From: Girardia tigrina
Taxonomy: Eukaryota
Direction: 5' to 3'
Assembly (NCBI GenBank): GCA_001938485.1
Contig: MQRK01168300.1
Coordinates: forward strand, 2,433-66,432
Length of the DNA stretch: 64,000 bases
The position numbers and the translations under genes were made by a program. The notes under the pieces were generated by a model. That model was not told the origin of the DNA. It made no database searches and saw nothing but the letters and a program-made list of their open reading frames with translations. Of the stretch, positions 63,741 through 64,000 are shown one piece after another; position 1 is the stretch's first letter; each line of letters begins with the position of its first letter.

Positions 63741-64000
63741 CTGCTTCATTTTGTAACACTTTCAACCCTTAAATTTGAAAATGTAAAAACAAAAAAATTG
63801 AAATTCTAAATTAATTATACTGATTCAAACAATTATCAATAAAACTTATAATTTTATACTTATAGGGTTTTCACTTTAAATTGAGAATTTTTCATTTTAA
63901 ATTGACACTTTTTGAATTTGAATTGATTTTTTATTTTGAAACTATTCTTTTTTAATTTGACTTGAGATTTATTACTTTGAAATGATTTTTCTATTTTGAA

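Noticed and set aside
1-64000. CRISPR arrays, rRNA, tRNA genes, prokaryotic operons
   Set aside because: None seen; the sequence is eukaryotic with spliceosomal introns.

Overview
Very AT-rich animal genomic DNA. The 45-48 nt minimal introns and the repeat content suggest a planarian or similar invertebrate (inference). There are several N-gaps, two with duplicated flanks. Three host genes are supportable: a six-exon Ski/SnoN gene on the minus strand (36766..24770, hand-spliced model of 520 aa), an intronless TMEM272-like 4-TM gene (22954..21704) and an intronless Ufd2/UBE4B-like U-box ligase (49179..51858) with one frameshift at the start of the U-box. Most of the rest is decayed transposons: Tc1/mariner, hAT, piggyBac, MULE, Chapaev3, Penelope-like elements (PLE) and NeSL-like non-LTR elements. 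The most notable signal is non-coding. A ~400-nt element with a 12-bp TSD begins with a complete HDV-like ribozyme fold (26936..27029), and a decayed head-to-tail trimer of the same family lies 3 kb away (retrozyme/RIME-like). Two inverted-repeat elements carry minimal hammerhead ribozymes in opposite polarities. Ribozyme folds, splice models and family calls were made by eye, with no database searches.
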